From the NCBI GenBank assembly GCA_951406725.2, contig OX597820.1, positions 40,920,001 through 40,984,000 on the forward strand: DNA of 64,000 bases. The letters run 5' to 3'. Made by a program: the position numbers and the translations under genes. Origin of the DNA: Octopus vulgaris. Taxonomy: Eukaryota. Each line of letters begins with the position of its first letter. The stretch's first letter is position 1. Under the pieces are notes generated by a model. The model was not told the origin of the DNA. It saw only the letters and a list, made by a program, of their open reading frames with translations, and searched no databases. Of this stretch, positions 13,545 to 27,406 are shown one piece after another.

Positions 13545-15595
13545 CCTCTCCCTCTCATTATATACCAGAGGAAATAAATGCACCACAGAAATATATCAGT
13601 ATTCAGTTACTTATCTGTCTGGGGCACAAAATTTCCAGTAACCTAATGAATAAGCTACGCCTGCCAGTGTTACGACGATTATTTTCTGATGGCGAAACAA
13701 ACGATTAATCAAGAGAAAACATGGGTTATTACATATTGACAAAACTCCAATGCTTTAAGACAAATATAAAAAGACATGATGGTGGGGTTAAAGAAGTGCT
13801 ATTGGCGGCATCTACTGCTCTGTGTTTATTATCTCATAGTAATGCCAAAAAGTGTCATTATAACTCTTTATTAGTTGCACAAACAAAGGCTTTGAACTGG
13901 CAGAAACGGTAGGAAAAGAATATAAAATAGCTTACAGAATTATATTTCTTTACTTAGTCTGCTGAGCTGAAGCCAAGTCATAGACGAAATTTTCACTGAG
14001 AAAATAAGCACCCTTGATATGCTGAAGTCAGTTCAGATGATAATAGCTATGGCGTCAAAAATTTGCTTTGCAGTTACATAGTTTTAGGTTCGGTCATCTG
14101 CATAGCACCTTCGGCAATTGTCTTCTACAATAACCTAGATCACCCTAAGCCTTGTGAATACAAAATGTAGCAGATATAAACTAATATTAAACTCCGTCGG
14201 AGAAAACGTCATCAAGGTTGATACCACCATCTCGCCATCTAGTGACTTTACTGGATGCCATTCGGCTGCGGATGTTCAGATCATATGGCATGTGTGAAGA
14301 TAACTTTTCGTCATTGGCACTGCTCTTCTCTTATTATGCCTCAACAATGGACTATACTGCATTGTTCAAAAAGAAAAAGTATTTTCCTGTTAACTAAAGC
14401 GATATTTAAATCATCGTGTAAGATATAAATATCTGACGTGAAGATTTCTATGTCCAACAGAAGACACTGAACTTCATTCGAAACAAAAATGTCATTGAGA
14501 AAATTACGAACCCCATAACTTCAATTTCCCACACTTATTATACTGTGTGTAGCATAATAAACCAACATTTTCACTATTATACTTTATCATTAATTCAAAT
14601 TGATTTTCGTCGGCAGACGCTATTTCTATATTAATCCCATACCTAATATATCTTAAGAGTGGAGACGATATATACCATTATTATATATCGTAATATTTGA
14701 TTACCATTCACTTTTATCCACCCCAACCGAACAAGATTTGTTATCATTGTGAATATTTCAACATGTATCACACCGTTTCATCATTATTAGCCATTGACAG
14801 TATGAAGCATAATGGATGGAAGAAAATTAATAGTTTCAGTTAATTCGTAGATAATAATTACAGAAAGGAACCTCTTTTACGCTGAAACGTTTTCATTCGC
14901 TGATACAAATAACATTCAATATTCATTTGATGAGTGTTGTGAGTACTTCAAAGCAGGAAGTAAATTCACTGCAAGAAGCTGCGGTGCAGGTTCTATTCTC
15001 ATTTGAAGCTATGGTATATTTCATTTACATCACTAATGTAAGTGCTCTTGGGGAATCCCCGAAGCTCAAAATTAACCCCTCTTCATATGTAATCAAAACG
15101 AATTATGTGATACAGTGAAATATGTTATTTGAATCCCCAGATTAGTTTTAATTCTTGATACTAGACAAATCGTTTCCTTTATGCACTCGTGCGGACCGTA
15201 TGAATGTTATATAATATCATTTCTATCTTCAGGACAATAGTGGACATTTGACTAAGTACCAATCAACATTCGATTGCTTAATGTCGATGGCTCGAAATGG
15301 ATATTAATCTATTGGCGAACCTGTGAATGGCTGAATATATATATATATATACTTTTCAGGTCAACCATAAGAAAGCTCAACGGTTTATGTCTTGCTACAA
15401 GCACTATCAAGAATTTGTTGAAAACAAAAAACAAAAATAATTCAGAAAGCTTAAAGTACACCTGGCTGAAAATAGGTACCACGTGATAGAGAAACATACT
15501 GCCTTCAAATCTGTAGGACTGTAACAAATTCGTAAATATCTTGCAGAGCTAAGTTCAGTTCCACTTATGTGTCTGAGCACACTGAAACACATAGG

Positions 15596-15596
<1 letters not shown>

Positions 15597-15671
<75 letters not shown>

Positions 15672-15680
15672 CATCTATCC

Positions 15681-15724
<44 letters not shown>

Positions 15725-15734
15725 CTCTCTCTCT

Positions 15735-15801
<67 letters not shown>

Positions 15802-15865
15802 CTATATATATATATGTATATATAGACATATATACATATATATATATACACACACACATATATAT

Positions 15866-15904
<39 letters not shown>

Positions 15905-15905
15905 G
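15597..15905. repeat. (ATCT)n-(CT)n-(TA)n-(GT)n compound microsatellite
   Basis: Directly visible. Confidence 0.95.
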
Positions 15906-16384
15906 ACTCACACACATATATTTACATATACATTATACATAGGGAACTGCTCCACCATACTGAATTACTCTAGGTGTATTATGTGAAGGCAAACTCGTCT
16001 TATGGTTTTACAACAATCCAATAAGTTACGTGACAAGAAAATCTACTGCACAGCTATTTCCCTACACTATACCATTAATGCTCTCGTCTTCAAAAAGGCA
16101 TAAACAATGTAGGCTTGCATGTCCTCACCTTTATGAATACTAAGTATTTACCTTATGAACAAATTACAAGATGCATATCACAAAACAGAACTGAAGGAGA
16201 GTATTTTATTTAAATTAAGTCTAAGTAGGTGTTTTATGTCTATGTATATATGATATTCATACATGCATATTTATGAGAAGGCCTTAGATTCTTATGAACC
16301 TTCATGGTACGAGTCACGTTTATTGTTCTTTAATAGTTTTATTATCAAACAAACGCATATGCGTAAATATGTATGTGGTTATTC

Positions 16385-16778
16385 AGTTTTATTTCAAGAT
16401 TTCTTGCCAATAGAGAAAGAGACGGTTTCTAACGTGGACCCAAGGCTCCTTCATTGGAACTTCAACAAGATAAACAGGGTATTTTTGTATGTGTGTATGT
16501 ATATGTTTATGTATATGTGCAAATTTGTGTGTTTTGTCTTATGTATGTATTCTCATTGATATTGTTGCATGCCTAGACATGCTCATATAAACTTAAATGA
16601 TAAACTTCTGGAAAGTTTTACAAATTTTTATAGTTCCAGTTATGGCTTTGATCTGTAATCTTCGAATCAGCTTTCTCCTTTCTGGTTTTTAGAAGCCTTA
16701 TTTCTCAAGGTTGGTATTTAGGTAGAATGCTACGTATCCTAGGGTCCCAATAATTACAGATATAAACCTGAACTTGTA
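16385..16778 (-). mobile_element. 3' remnant (ORF end plus 3' UTR) of an RLE-type (R4/Dong-like) non-LTR retrotransposon
   Basis: Hand translation in one frame: YKFRFISVIIGTLGYVAFYLNTNLEK*GF*KPERRKLIRRLQIKAITGTIKICKTFQKFII*, with two internal stops. Homologous to 332-620. Confidence 0.7.
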
Positions 16779-17001
16779 TGTATATATGTATGTGTGCATG
16801 TATGTATGTATGTATGTGTGGATATATGTATGTATAGCATACCAGTTAGAGAGATCAAATACAGACCCATCAAACATGTTAGTACTTTTTGAAACACCCA
16901 CAGAAAATATACAAACGCGTGCACACATACACACAAACATACGAAAACACACATACATGCACACACGCGTACGCGTATGTACATGCATTCACATAGACAG
17001 G

Positions 17002-17131
<130 letters not shown>

Positions 17132-17140
17132 CATACATGA

Positions 17141-17189
<49 letters not shown>

Positions 17190-17227
17190 GCATATTTATA
17201 TATGTATATACACGTATACGTATGTTC

Positions 17228-17258
<31 letters not shown>

Positions 17259-17294
17259 ATTGCATATTTATGTATGTATATACACATATGCGTA

Positions 17295-17345
<51 letters not shown>

Positions 17346-17442
17346 TATCAATCTACATAATGTGAGTTTATATAGATGATAGATAGATAGATAAATAATG
17401 TGTGTGTGTGTGTGTGTGTGTGTGGTATATCAAATCACTTAC

Positions 17443-17583
17443 GTTAAAGGCTTTCAATCTTTCAGTATCGTATTCATGTCCGGATGGCAGCTTGTCGTCT
17501 TCATCGTCATCATCATCGTCGTTATCATCTCTGACAGCTTGTAAGTCATCTACAATGCCACTTTCGCTTGCTTTTGTTGAACT
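17443..17583 (-). CDS. NOL4: Internal coding exon (141 nt, phase 0-0) of a nucleolar protein 4 (NOL4/NOL4L)-like gene
   Basis: Not in the ORF track; translated by hand. The minus strand reads ttttttcctcttacttctgcag|AGT TCA...GCC TTT AAC|gtaagt, giving SSTKASESGIVDDLQAVRDDNDDDDDDEDDKLPSGHEYDTERLKAFN. An acidic tract followed by ERLKAFN is what precedes MFVRLF in NOL4-family proteins. It splices in frame to the 12167 exon across a 5275-nt GT-AG intron. Confidence 0.92.
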
Positions 17584-17858
17584 CTGCAGAAGTAAGAGGA
17601 AAAAAAAAATTAATTGCTATTAGGCCAACAGTAATATTAAGAATGATACAATCTCAGATAATAATAAAGTTACGACGAGGGAATCAAAACTGGGTCAAGA
17701 ACTCCACAGACATCGCCAGTAATAACAACGTTAAACAACAATTTATCAATTATGCGATATATATATAAAAACATATATGTATACATATATATATACATAC
17801 ATATATATATATAATATACACACACATACATATATATAAGTATATATATATATATATT

Positions 17859-17892
<34 letters not shown>

Positions 17893-17952
17893 ATATGTAT
17901 ATATATATATATATACATATATATACATACACACCACACACACACACACACA

Positions 17953-18013
<61 letters not shown>

Positions 18014-18097
18014 GATAAAATGATAGATAATAAGCAAACACATGGAATCCGAGGAACACAGACACACAAATGCACACACAGGTGCAAATTATACTAG

Positions 18098-18181
<84 letters not shown>

Positions 18182-18307
18182 GCGTGCGTGCGCGTGTGAA
18201 GAAAGGAAAAGGGCAGACAGACAAATATAAACAAATACGTTGTCAGTTATAAACAGGCAAGTACGCAGATATTTGTTGTGTGTAAACACAAGACAGATTA
18301 ATGATCT

Positions 18308-18465
18308 TTTCTACTCTAGGCACAATGCACAAAATTTGGGGGGAAGGAGACAGTCGATTAGATCGACCCCCAGTGCGCAACTGGTACTTAATTTATCGAT
18401 CCCGAAAGGATGAAAGGCAAAGTCGAACTCAGCGGAATTTAAACTCAGAACGTAAAGACAGACGA
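18308..18465 (-). mobile_element. SINE family A (5'-truncated)
   Basis: CGACCCCCAGTGCGCAACTGGTACTTAATTTATCGATCCCGAAAGGATGAAAGGCAAAGTCGA matches the other family A copies. Confidence 0.85.
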
Positions 18466-19200
18466 ACAAGACAGATTAATAGTGAAATACAGATTAAGTT
18501 TAAGCGTAGTACACTTTGCATAGATTTTGAGAAACGGTTTCGATCCTTAATTAAAAGCATTGAACTCTATGTGGAAATCCTAAGAATTTCGAGAAGGAGT
18601 TAAAGTTTGTTGAAATTCTTTTAGTATTTCCCATCCTTACTGCAATGCACAAGCTACATATTTCTTGAGACTTTACTAACACTATAGAGGAAGGCACATT
18701 GACAGATATCTAAACGACACATACCATATAAAAGTAGCCATTTACTTTGTAACAAGAAGAATTTTTGGCTAGCACTTAAAGAAAGCGCTAGGAGAGGGCA
18801 TATTTTATCTCGTAGAATATATAATTTAGAAGATGAAGTGAGTGGGGAAATCAGTAGGAGACTGCGTTTGAAAAGATTACAATGATGAAAGGGATGTTGA
18901 TGAAGATTGTAATGTTGATGATGGTGATGATGATGATAATGATGATGATGAACATGAGGGTAATGAAGACGGTGAGGAGAGCAGCAATATCCATGATGAG
19001 AATCATCGCCAATTAATGACAATTTTGTTTGTGTGTGTGCGCGTGTGCGTGTGTGTTTTCACGTGTACATATACATATATGCACGTATGTATATATCAAG
19101 TCTTGTTCAACTCAGACCGAAGTAAGTATGTCAAAAGAGAAGTCAGTGGTCTTCTATTAGTTTCGTCAAAAGTGTATGTATATATATATATATATATATC

Positions 19201-19759
19201 GCCGTGGCACTCCGTCGGCATCGACTCCGAAGGTTTCAGTTGATCCGATCAACGGAACAGCCTGCTCCTGAAATTAACGTGTAAGTGGCTGAGCACTCCA
19301 CAGACACGTGTACCCTTAACGTAGTTCTCAGAGAGACCCAGCATGACACAGAGTATGACAAAGCTGGCCCTTCGTAATACAGGTACAACAGTGAGAGAAA
19401 TTTGTGGTGAAAGTGTACAGAAGGGTTCGTCACTTTTTTAAGGTGGCGAGCTGGCAGAAACGTTCAAATTCCGCCGAGGTCGACTTTACCTTTCATCCTT
19501 TCGAGGCCGATGAATTAAGTACCAGTTACGCACTGGGGTCGATGTAATCGACTTAATCCCTTTGTCTGTCCTTGTTTGTCTCCTCTATGTTTAACCCCTT
19601 TTGGCCAATAAAGAAATAAGACGGGTTAGCCACCATCCTCTGCCGGAGCCACTTGGAGCTTTAGGTGCTTTCACTCAATAAACACTCACAACGCCCACTT
19701 TGGGAATCGAAACTGCGATCCTACGACTGCGAGTCCGCTGCCCTAACCACTGGGCCATT
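19201..19759 (-). mobile_element. tRNA-headed SINE (family C tail) interrupted by a family A SINE
   Basis: 19205-19388 aligns with 21101-21280. The tRNA-like head is at 19700-19759 (minus strand ATGGCCCAGTGGTTAGGGCAGCGGAC...GTTTCGATTCCC). The insertion spans 19441-19620. Confidence 0.8.
19441..19620 (+). mobile_element. SINE family A (young-looking tail type, internal deletion)
   Basis: GGTGGCGAGCTGGCAGAAACGTT/CAAATTCCGCCGAGGTCGAC...AATAAAGAAATAAG. It matches 43428-43660 apart from a ~50-bp deletion. Confidence 0.88.
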
Positions 19760-19761
19760 TT

Positions 19762-19900
19762 CGAGTTCATTTACAAGGCTTAGAAAAACTGAAAGACCGC
19801 TTCAATAAGTGTGTGGATCTGAGAGAAGAATATGTTGAATAAAATCGTAAAGAATTGATCCTCCTGTATTTTCTTTTCCCCATAGCCAGGGACTTTACCC
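19762..19900 (+). mobile_element. Mariner transposon 3' remnant
   Basis: 19777-19842 translates GLEKLKDRFNKCVDLREEYVE*, the typical mariner transposase C-terminus (G..KL..RW.KC....G.YVE). Confidence 0.75.
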
Positions 19901-20845
19901 TGGTATACATATCCATAAACGCACACAAACACACAGACAGACATACATGTGTGTGTGTGTAACTATATATAAATCATAATATGATACTAATACAAAGAAT
20001 GAAAACATGCATCATGTATATATTACACACATGTGTATGTGTATATGTGTATGTGTGTTTGTGTGAGCGCGTAAGTACATATTCTGTGTGCAAGTACATT
20101 TAAGCACACAGATACAAGTTCATGTATAATTATCTCTCAGATGTTCGTGCATGCATGCCATATGCGTGATTGTTCTCTACGTTTAAATGAATCTACTGTA
20201 ATTATATATGTGAAGCTTTGTGCGAACAGAATTGCGCGTGCGTATACATGGTACACCTCAGAATAGTTACATATATATATATATATATATATATGGGGGG
20301 TATGTATGTATGTATGTATGTATGTATGTATGTATGTATGTATGTATCTATGTATATGAAACATTTATTAAACAATAGAACTGCAGCAGAGAAACAGAGT
20401 AACAAATATCGAAATTATATCATCTCGTCTTTCGTCTAATTACATTAAATGAAAATGAAAGTAGGCCAGTATTGGAGTATATCGGCTTTCAGGAATGTAG
20501 GAAAAGCAGCTTTAATTTCACAGTCAGCAACTCAAAGCCGGAGTAATTTAGATATCTTTAACGAAGTTATAGCTGTCACAGTGATTGTAGAGACGTGGTA
20601 CGCGGGAAAATGGCCCTTGCGTGCGAAGAAGGCAATGTGTACTTAGATATTATCTAAAGTATTTTGTGCCATACCTTGCGGGGACCAGCCCACGTGAGCA
20701 AAATTTTGTTAGCAATATATTTACATACATACATAAATGTGTGTGTGTATACACACACACACATACACACACACACACATAACGAACGGGATCGTGAAAC
20801 TCTGAGTAACAGTTTATGTGATGTCTTTGCAGCTTTATTAACAAA

Positions 20846-20910
<65 letters not shown>

Positions 20911-21054
20911 TATACATATATACACATATATACAAAGGCAAATTTACATACTTGCACACACGCATACACACATATATATATACGTATGTACACGAACAGA
21001 TATATTGATGTATGCGTATATACTTGAACATACAGTTATATTGGAAGTGTGTGT

Positions 21055-21098
<44 letters not shown>

Positions 21099-21100
21099 GT

Positions 21101-21388
21101 ACCACTCCGTCGGTTACGACGACGAGGATCCCTGCTGTTACGATTAACGGAACAGCTTGCTCGTGAAATTAACGTGCAAGTGGCTGAGCTCTCCACAGAC
21201 ATGTGTACCCTTAACGTAGCTTTCAGGGAGATTCAGTGTGATAGAGAGGATGACAAGATTGGCCCTTTTAAATACAGGTACTATTCATTTTTGCCAGCTG
21301 AGTGGACTGGGGGAACGTTAAATAAAGTGTCTTGCTCAAGGACACAACGCGTCGCCGGGAATTGAACTCACGAATGCCGAATGCCCCT
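21101..21388 (-). mobile_element. tRNA-headed SINE family C
   Basis: It shares its tail with 19205-19388, and its head/central part (GAGTTCAATTCCCGGCGACGCGTTGTGTCCTTGAGCAAGACACTTTATTT) with 37220-37340 and 62058-62195. Confidence 0.85.
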
Positions 21389-21687
21389 GTTTCAACTTCC
21401 GAGATCCTTTATCCATAGAAATGCAAACCTGCTTTTATATTTCCAGAAGAATCAAGATGCTGCTTTGCCGCACAGCTTGCATTTTGTTATTAAACTTGGA
21501 ATTATAGCATAATAAACATTGCGCTTAACCGTATTGGGTATTTCTTTCGATTTGGAGTTTCACCATTTCAAATTATTTCGCGTTCTCTCGAAATTTCTAA
21601 ATTCATTGGGGCCAGCCACATACAATTATCACCAGTAAAATTTTTTTTTCTTTTTCTTTTTGTTAAATGGAGCGTAATATTCAAAGG

Positions 21688-21761
21688 TTTGCTTTGGCCC
21701 AGTAGCAGAACGTTTGTCATATCTATGGATGATGAGGGTTCGAGTCTCACGAATAGACTTT
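21688..21761 (+). pseudogene. Second degenerate tRNA-like copy related to 5481-5556
   Basis: TTTGGCCCAGTAGCAGAACGTTTGTC...GGGTTCGAGTCTCACGAATAG aligns colinearly with the minus-strand copy at 5.5 kb. Confidence 0.45.
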
Positions 21762-21817
21762 GTATCCGAAGGGTTTTATAACTTATTGTTTACACTTTAT
21801 TATTTATTGTTTTATTA

Positions 21818-22040
21818 GAGTGGCAAGCTGGCAGAATCGTTAGCACGGCAGGAAAAATGCTTAGTGATATTTTGTCTGTCGCTACAATCTGAGTTCAAAT
21901 ACCACCAAGGTTCCCGTTGCCTTTGCCTTCCATCCTTTCAAGGATGATAAATTAAGTATCAATTACGTCTTGAGGTCGATGTAATGGACTGATCCTCTCC
22001 CCCTAAAATGTCAGGCCTTGTGCCTTTAGTAGAGAAGACT
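21818..22040 (+). mobile_element. SINE family A (older tail type)
   Basis: GTGGCAAGCTGGCAGAATCGTTAGCA...GAGTTCAAAT...CATCCTTTC...GGCCTTGTGCCT. Confidence 0.85.
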
Positions 22041-22794
22041 ATCTATAGCTTTACCTGCTTCATGTTATACCGAGATCCTAAATGGAAACGATGCTTTCTC
22101 ATATCAATAGGGATGTACATTTGGTCCCTACCGATTTGCACCGACACTTGCTTGTCAGTACACCATTAGAAATACACAAACACGACTACGAAGTCCAGTC
22201 TATACACATATGCGTAAGCGCGAAACGATCAGAGAGAGAGAAACTAAGAATTGCAAAAAGCTTTAGTGTAGGCTAGTTGAGAGATGGAAGGAAGGACAGG
22301 TGATAAGAGGGGAGAAAGAGAACTGTAGTTAACGTTTTGGTATTATCTTTAGTCATTATCTTGTGTTCATTGTACTGGTTGTCTGTCATATATCTGTTTA
22401 GCTGCTTTAGCGATTAAGTGGTGGAAATTTTATCTATGCATATATGTGTGCGCCTTCGTGTTTCGAGTGTGTTGAGTTGACTTCACGTTTGTACATGTGC
22501 ATGTATGTATGTGTGCGTTTGTCTCTGTGTATGTTTTGTGTTTGTGCAACAGTGTGCAAGTGTGTATCGACTTGTCTCCACGTTTGTACATGTGTATGCA
22601 TGCATGTATGTATGTATGTATGTAATTATGTATGTATGTATGTATGCGTTTGTTTCTGTGTATGGATTTGTAAGTAATTTGTGCGTATTCACGTTTGTCT
22701 GTGTGTTTTTCGTGCGATTGTAAGACTGCGTATATATAAATTACTTTGGACAGTCGTACATATGTGTGTGTGTTTATTTGCTTAGATGTGTATC

Positions 22795-22856
<62 letters not shown>

Positions 22857-23978
22857 ATTTATAATTAGAGAGACGCATTGTGTTGTCTTGGCTACAATGT
22901 CATTTATAGTCCGTAAGTATTTTTTGAGACGTTCCAGCGATTGTGACACAAGCATAAACAACAAGAGAAGCAGCGAACGCAACAGATGCAACAAAAGCGA
23001 CAACAACAGCAATAAGAGACACAAAGCTGAAAACTACAACAACAGCAATAACAAGATCAAGAAGCACTAATTGACGGCGACATAAACAACAACAACTTTG
23101 ACCATCTGTTATGGGAGAAATCTAATAAAAAATAATAAAACCTATAAATTTGATAAAACAATGAATAGTAAACATTACACTCATAGATGAAAGTAAAATC
23201 TAAAACAATAATCATGTCCAGTGTGCTTTCCATATAACAGCAGTCCGGTGATATTTCGGCCACTCCCAGTATTCATGGAACTTTCAGACGTAAGTAATTG
23301 ATAAATATTAATCGATAGAGACACTGCTTCTTTGAACTTCTAGGTTGCTCGGTTTGTCGTATGTGATCCTACGATCTGCTATAAATGACTAAATGACCAA
23401 ACCTTTATCAAGTCCTTAATATTATTAAATAAACGGAACAGTTGTTTAGTATCGCTACCATGACCAGACTGGAGCAACGTCGGACAACTGAATACACGTG
23501 CTCAAACAGGGCTGCCCTAAGACTAAACAGTATTGTAAACTACGCCTTTACACAACGGGGTTAATTGTTAAAGCTATGCCCATCTCTATGATACAATTAT
23601 TCTACTTCTGATGACGTTCCTGTGTTCAAGTGTTACCTTAACTATGATACGAAGTCGAAGACATGATCGAAGCGTTTAACTTAATGGAGTAAAGTCGTGA
23701 AGATCTCTATCAGAAAAGAAAGAAGACAATTCAAAAAGGCGGAATTTCTACAGGTCCTGCATGTGGATTATGAAATTTATTTCTATGGGGAATGGAGATT
23801 GATTGACCGTATCGTATTTGAAGTTCAAATCGTATCCAAGGTTAACTTTGTCTTTCAGTCACTTGGCGTTGATATCAAGTACTGGGACTGAATTAACTGG
23901 CTACACCCATCGCTAAATTAAGGAAACGAACATATATGTAAGGCTTATCATCGCAGAGGGTATTTATACAAGATAAAT

Positions 23979-24014
<36 letters not shown>

Positions 24015-24239
24015 TTAAAACAGAGATGACTACCATATAATTCATCATTTTCTCCAGGATTTTAGACAAAGTTTTAAAAAGGTAAAAGCCATCTTAATTT
24101 TAATAAACATGGTCATTTTCCTGCTATCTTTTAAATCCTAACAGCAATCTCTCCAGTAAGAAACACCGAGCTAAATGATAGCAACGTCACCAGTCGGGTA
24201 ATTTATAACAAAACATAAGTGTCAACCAGAGAATACAAA

Positions 24240-24737
24240 TCTATATATATAAAACTCTAGTTGTGTGAGTGTCTGTCCCCTTCGATTTAGATTCCTAACT
24301 CCTCCCACATTTTGCGGTGCAGTTTAACCAAATTCGGGTATCTTATAGTCGTGATTCATATCGAGCCCGTCTGACTATTAGCGCGCGTCAACGATGAGTC
24401 TATTTAACATCATTTTTTATTCCATTTTAATGCATAATTTTTCGTGTGTCGATGGCGGCGGAGTTGGTGTCCATGGTCACACCTGCACCTGTTTGCTTCT
24501 CCCCCTTCTTCCCTCCCTCGTGAAGCTGTGGGGAAGGGAGTGTAAGGAAATCAACGTCGTAAAGCGTTGTCAAGGAGACCAGCGTTCTTTTAGAACAACG
24601 ACTTCATGGCATGAAGACACCAAAATTACCATCATTTTTCATTCCATTTTTAATGCATTTTTTGGCTATAACTCTCTAAAAATGCTTATATAGTTATTTC
24701 CCTTACAAACCCGAGCAACGCCGGGCGATACTGCTAG
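24240..24737 (+). mobile_element. Non-autonomous Helitron (~498 bp), structurally complete
   Basis: Inserted between A (24239) and T (24738). It starts TCTATATATATAAAA and ends CTAG, with a GC-rich hairpin CCCGAGCAACGCCGGG (24710-24725) just before the end. No target-site duplication. These are the canonical Helitron hallmarks. Confidence 0.85.
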
Positions 24738-24925
24738 TGCATTATAAATAAGTTGTTTGTAATATATTTAAATTAAAGACTCCTCCTAGAATTAACGCGA
24801 CAATTGGGGTGTGGTACATCATCAATATATTAATAGATGAAGATAATACCAAACAAAATGTTCGTCAGTAAACAAACTAACTTTAATTAAGTGGCCTTTC
24901 GTGATGGGATGTAACCTAATATATG

Positions 24926-24994
<69 letters not shown>

Positions 24995-26883
24995 GCATGT
25001 GTATGTATGTATATAAGTATGTATATATATCTATAGACTAACCTTCACATATATACTCACATTACGCATCAATAAGTGCATAAAAAATCCATAGAAAACA
25101 CAAGTGCGGATACACACACACATGCACTCACACATACACATACACATACATTGCTACATCAAAGGAAATCATGCTGTCAGAGCAAAATAAGCGTATTTAT
25201 GAAATATACAAATACGGTAGGGTCACGCGCGTACAGAATAGCTTGTTCAAAAACTACCGAACTGCAATCAGGTTTATCAATCGATATTTTTGGACAAGGC
25301 AATACAGATTGAAGTGGATCTTAACATTAGAGTGAAATGTGTGAAAGCAACGGTCATGTTTCAGATTTGTTTAACCTCCTTAGCGAATCGTACTCTACTC
25401 AGTTGGCAAGAGAGTAAGAGTGATCAGTATATGGGAAAATAGAGAGAATTAATTAATTAATTAATTAATTAATGCTGAGTAAAAATATCAACAAATGTAG
25501 GTGAGAGAAAATATCTAGGGAGAGCGTTCTGCATATTAAATAACCATGTTACTGAATCACATAAATGTAATAAAACTGAGTTTAAAAAAAACTTATATCA
25601 GATAGATGGCTCTTCCATTCCGTTACCATCTCATTGAGATTTGCGACAACAAGTGGGGTGGACCACATGAGTGCATACCACCTGTTAAAAATTGTCGGTG
25701 ATTTAGGTTTGCTGGGGGCAGACTGATAGTAGACTGAGTAAAGTTGTTCTAGGGGTTGTTATCTCTAACGCTGTTGTTGTTATTTTTACCTCAAATAATC
25801 CTTGGCTGAACAAATTTATATCAAAAGATATTCCAATTTAAACCACTACCACCCATCATTTCGTACTTAGAAGACTACATTACACAATGCATCCTTTTTT
25901 AATTTGGTAGGATGTAATGTAAATGAGATTTTGCTGCTATTCAAGACGAGCGTGATTTTCTTCCGGGATCACAAATATTCCATTAAATATATAAGTTTAT
26001 AATTTTATACCGCAGTTCGACAAGATTGACAGAAGACAAACATGATATTGTCGAAATATTACTTACAGTAGCTTGATATCAAGACTGCGAAAAGTTTCAA
26101 CTGTTATTAACTTAACACATCAAGTTACATTAAGGCATTTAAAGGAGAGAATGATGTGGATAAGAAACCATCGTCTCCTCCTATAATTCGGGTGTGTGTG
26201 CGCGAGTGGGTATTTATGTATGTATGTGTGTGTTTTGGGAAAAGATCTGATCATATGGGCGGAAAAGAGTGTGAAAGAACTAGCAACAACTACATGCGAT
26301 AAAAACAAATAAACCCTTCATAGGCAGCCAGGTGTATGTCATAGCAATTTCGACACAAGCCTCATTTATTTTGTTGTAAGGAGAAAGAAAAGAGGAGTTT
26401 AAAAGTGATTGATACAGCTTACTATTAGAAGTGCGTTGGGACTTCTCAGTATAGTGAAGTACAATACAGTAAGCCTTAAGGCTTACTGAGCGAAAACTCT
26501 GTTGCGGTGCCGTTTATTATTGTTTCCTTTGTATATGATAAAAACACAATTATGAACTCATACAACAAATATAACCATGTAAATATATGTATAAGTATAT
26601 CTTTCTACACACACACACAAACACACACACACTCATACATACACACATATATGTATGAATATTTATATATTTATACAAAAAGACACACATACACATTCAT
26701 TTCGAGATTCATAGAGCATTATATATTAGGCATAAAAAAATCCTGGATTCAATTACCAAAAATTCACACAACAAAGACACACGAAGAACTATACACATGT
26801 ATATGTGCATACGCATGTTTTCGGCATGTATATGCACAATAATCAATATATATTCGTACATACATACATACATATATATATTT

Positions 26884-26966
<83 letters not shown>

Positions 26967-27363
26967 CACACACACACAAGTGCGAACATGTGCATGTAAT
27001 TCTAAATTTCATTGCATGGCGTTATGTGTGAGTATGAAATTAGCTGATTCTAAGCATACACACACGTGTGATTGTGTGTATATTAATCGTGTTAAAGAAA
27101 TGCCTTACCCAATTATTTCAACAATATACACATGCGAATACGTACGTACATATTAATACATAAATATATACATTTATATACATGTATATACATACATATA
27201 TAAATACATATTTATAATATATATATATATACACAAAAGTCAGGAAAATGCCTTCTATTTCAGTTATGATAAAAGATTTCAGTATATATATATACACACA
27301 AAAGTGTAGGAGTTTGCGTCTGTGTGTGTGCGCGTACATGTGTATGTGAGTATGCACGCATAT

Positions 27364-27406
<43 letters not shown>

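Noticed and set aside
23241-23289. Plus-strand AG...GTAAGT mini-exon
   Set aside because: Isolated, with no partner exons or homology. Such motifs are expected by chance in 64 kb.
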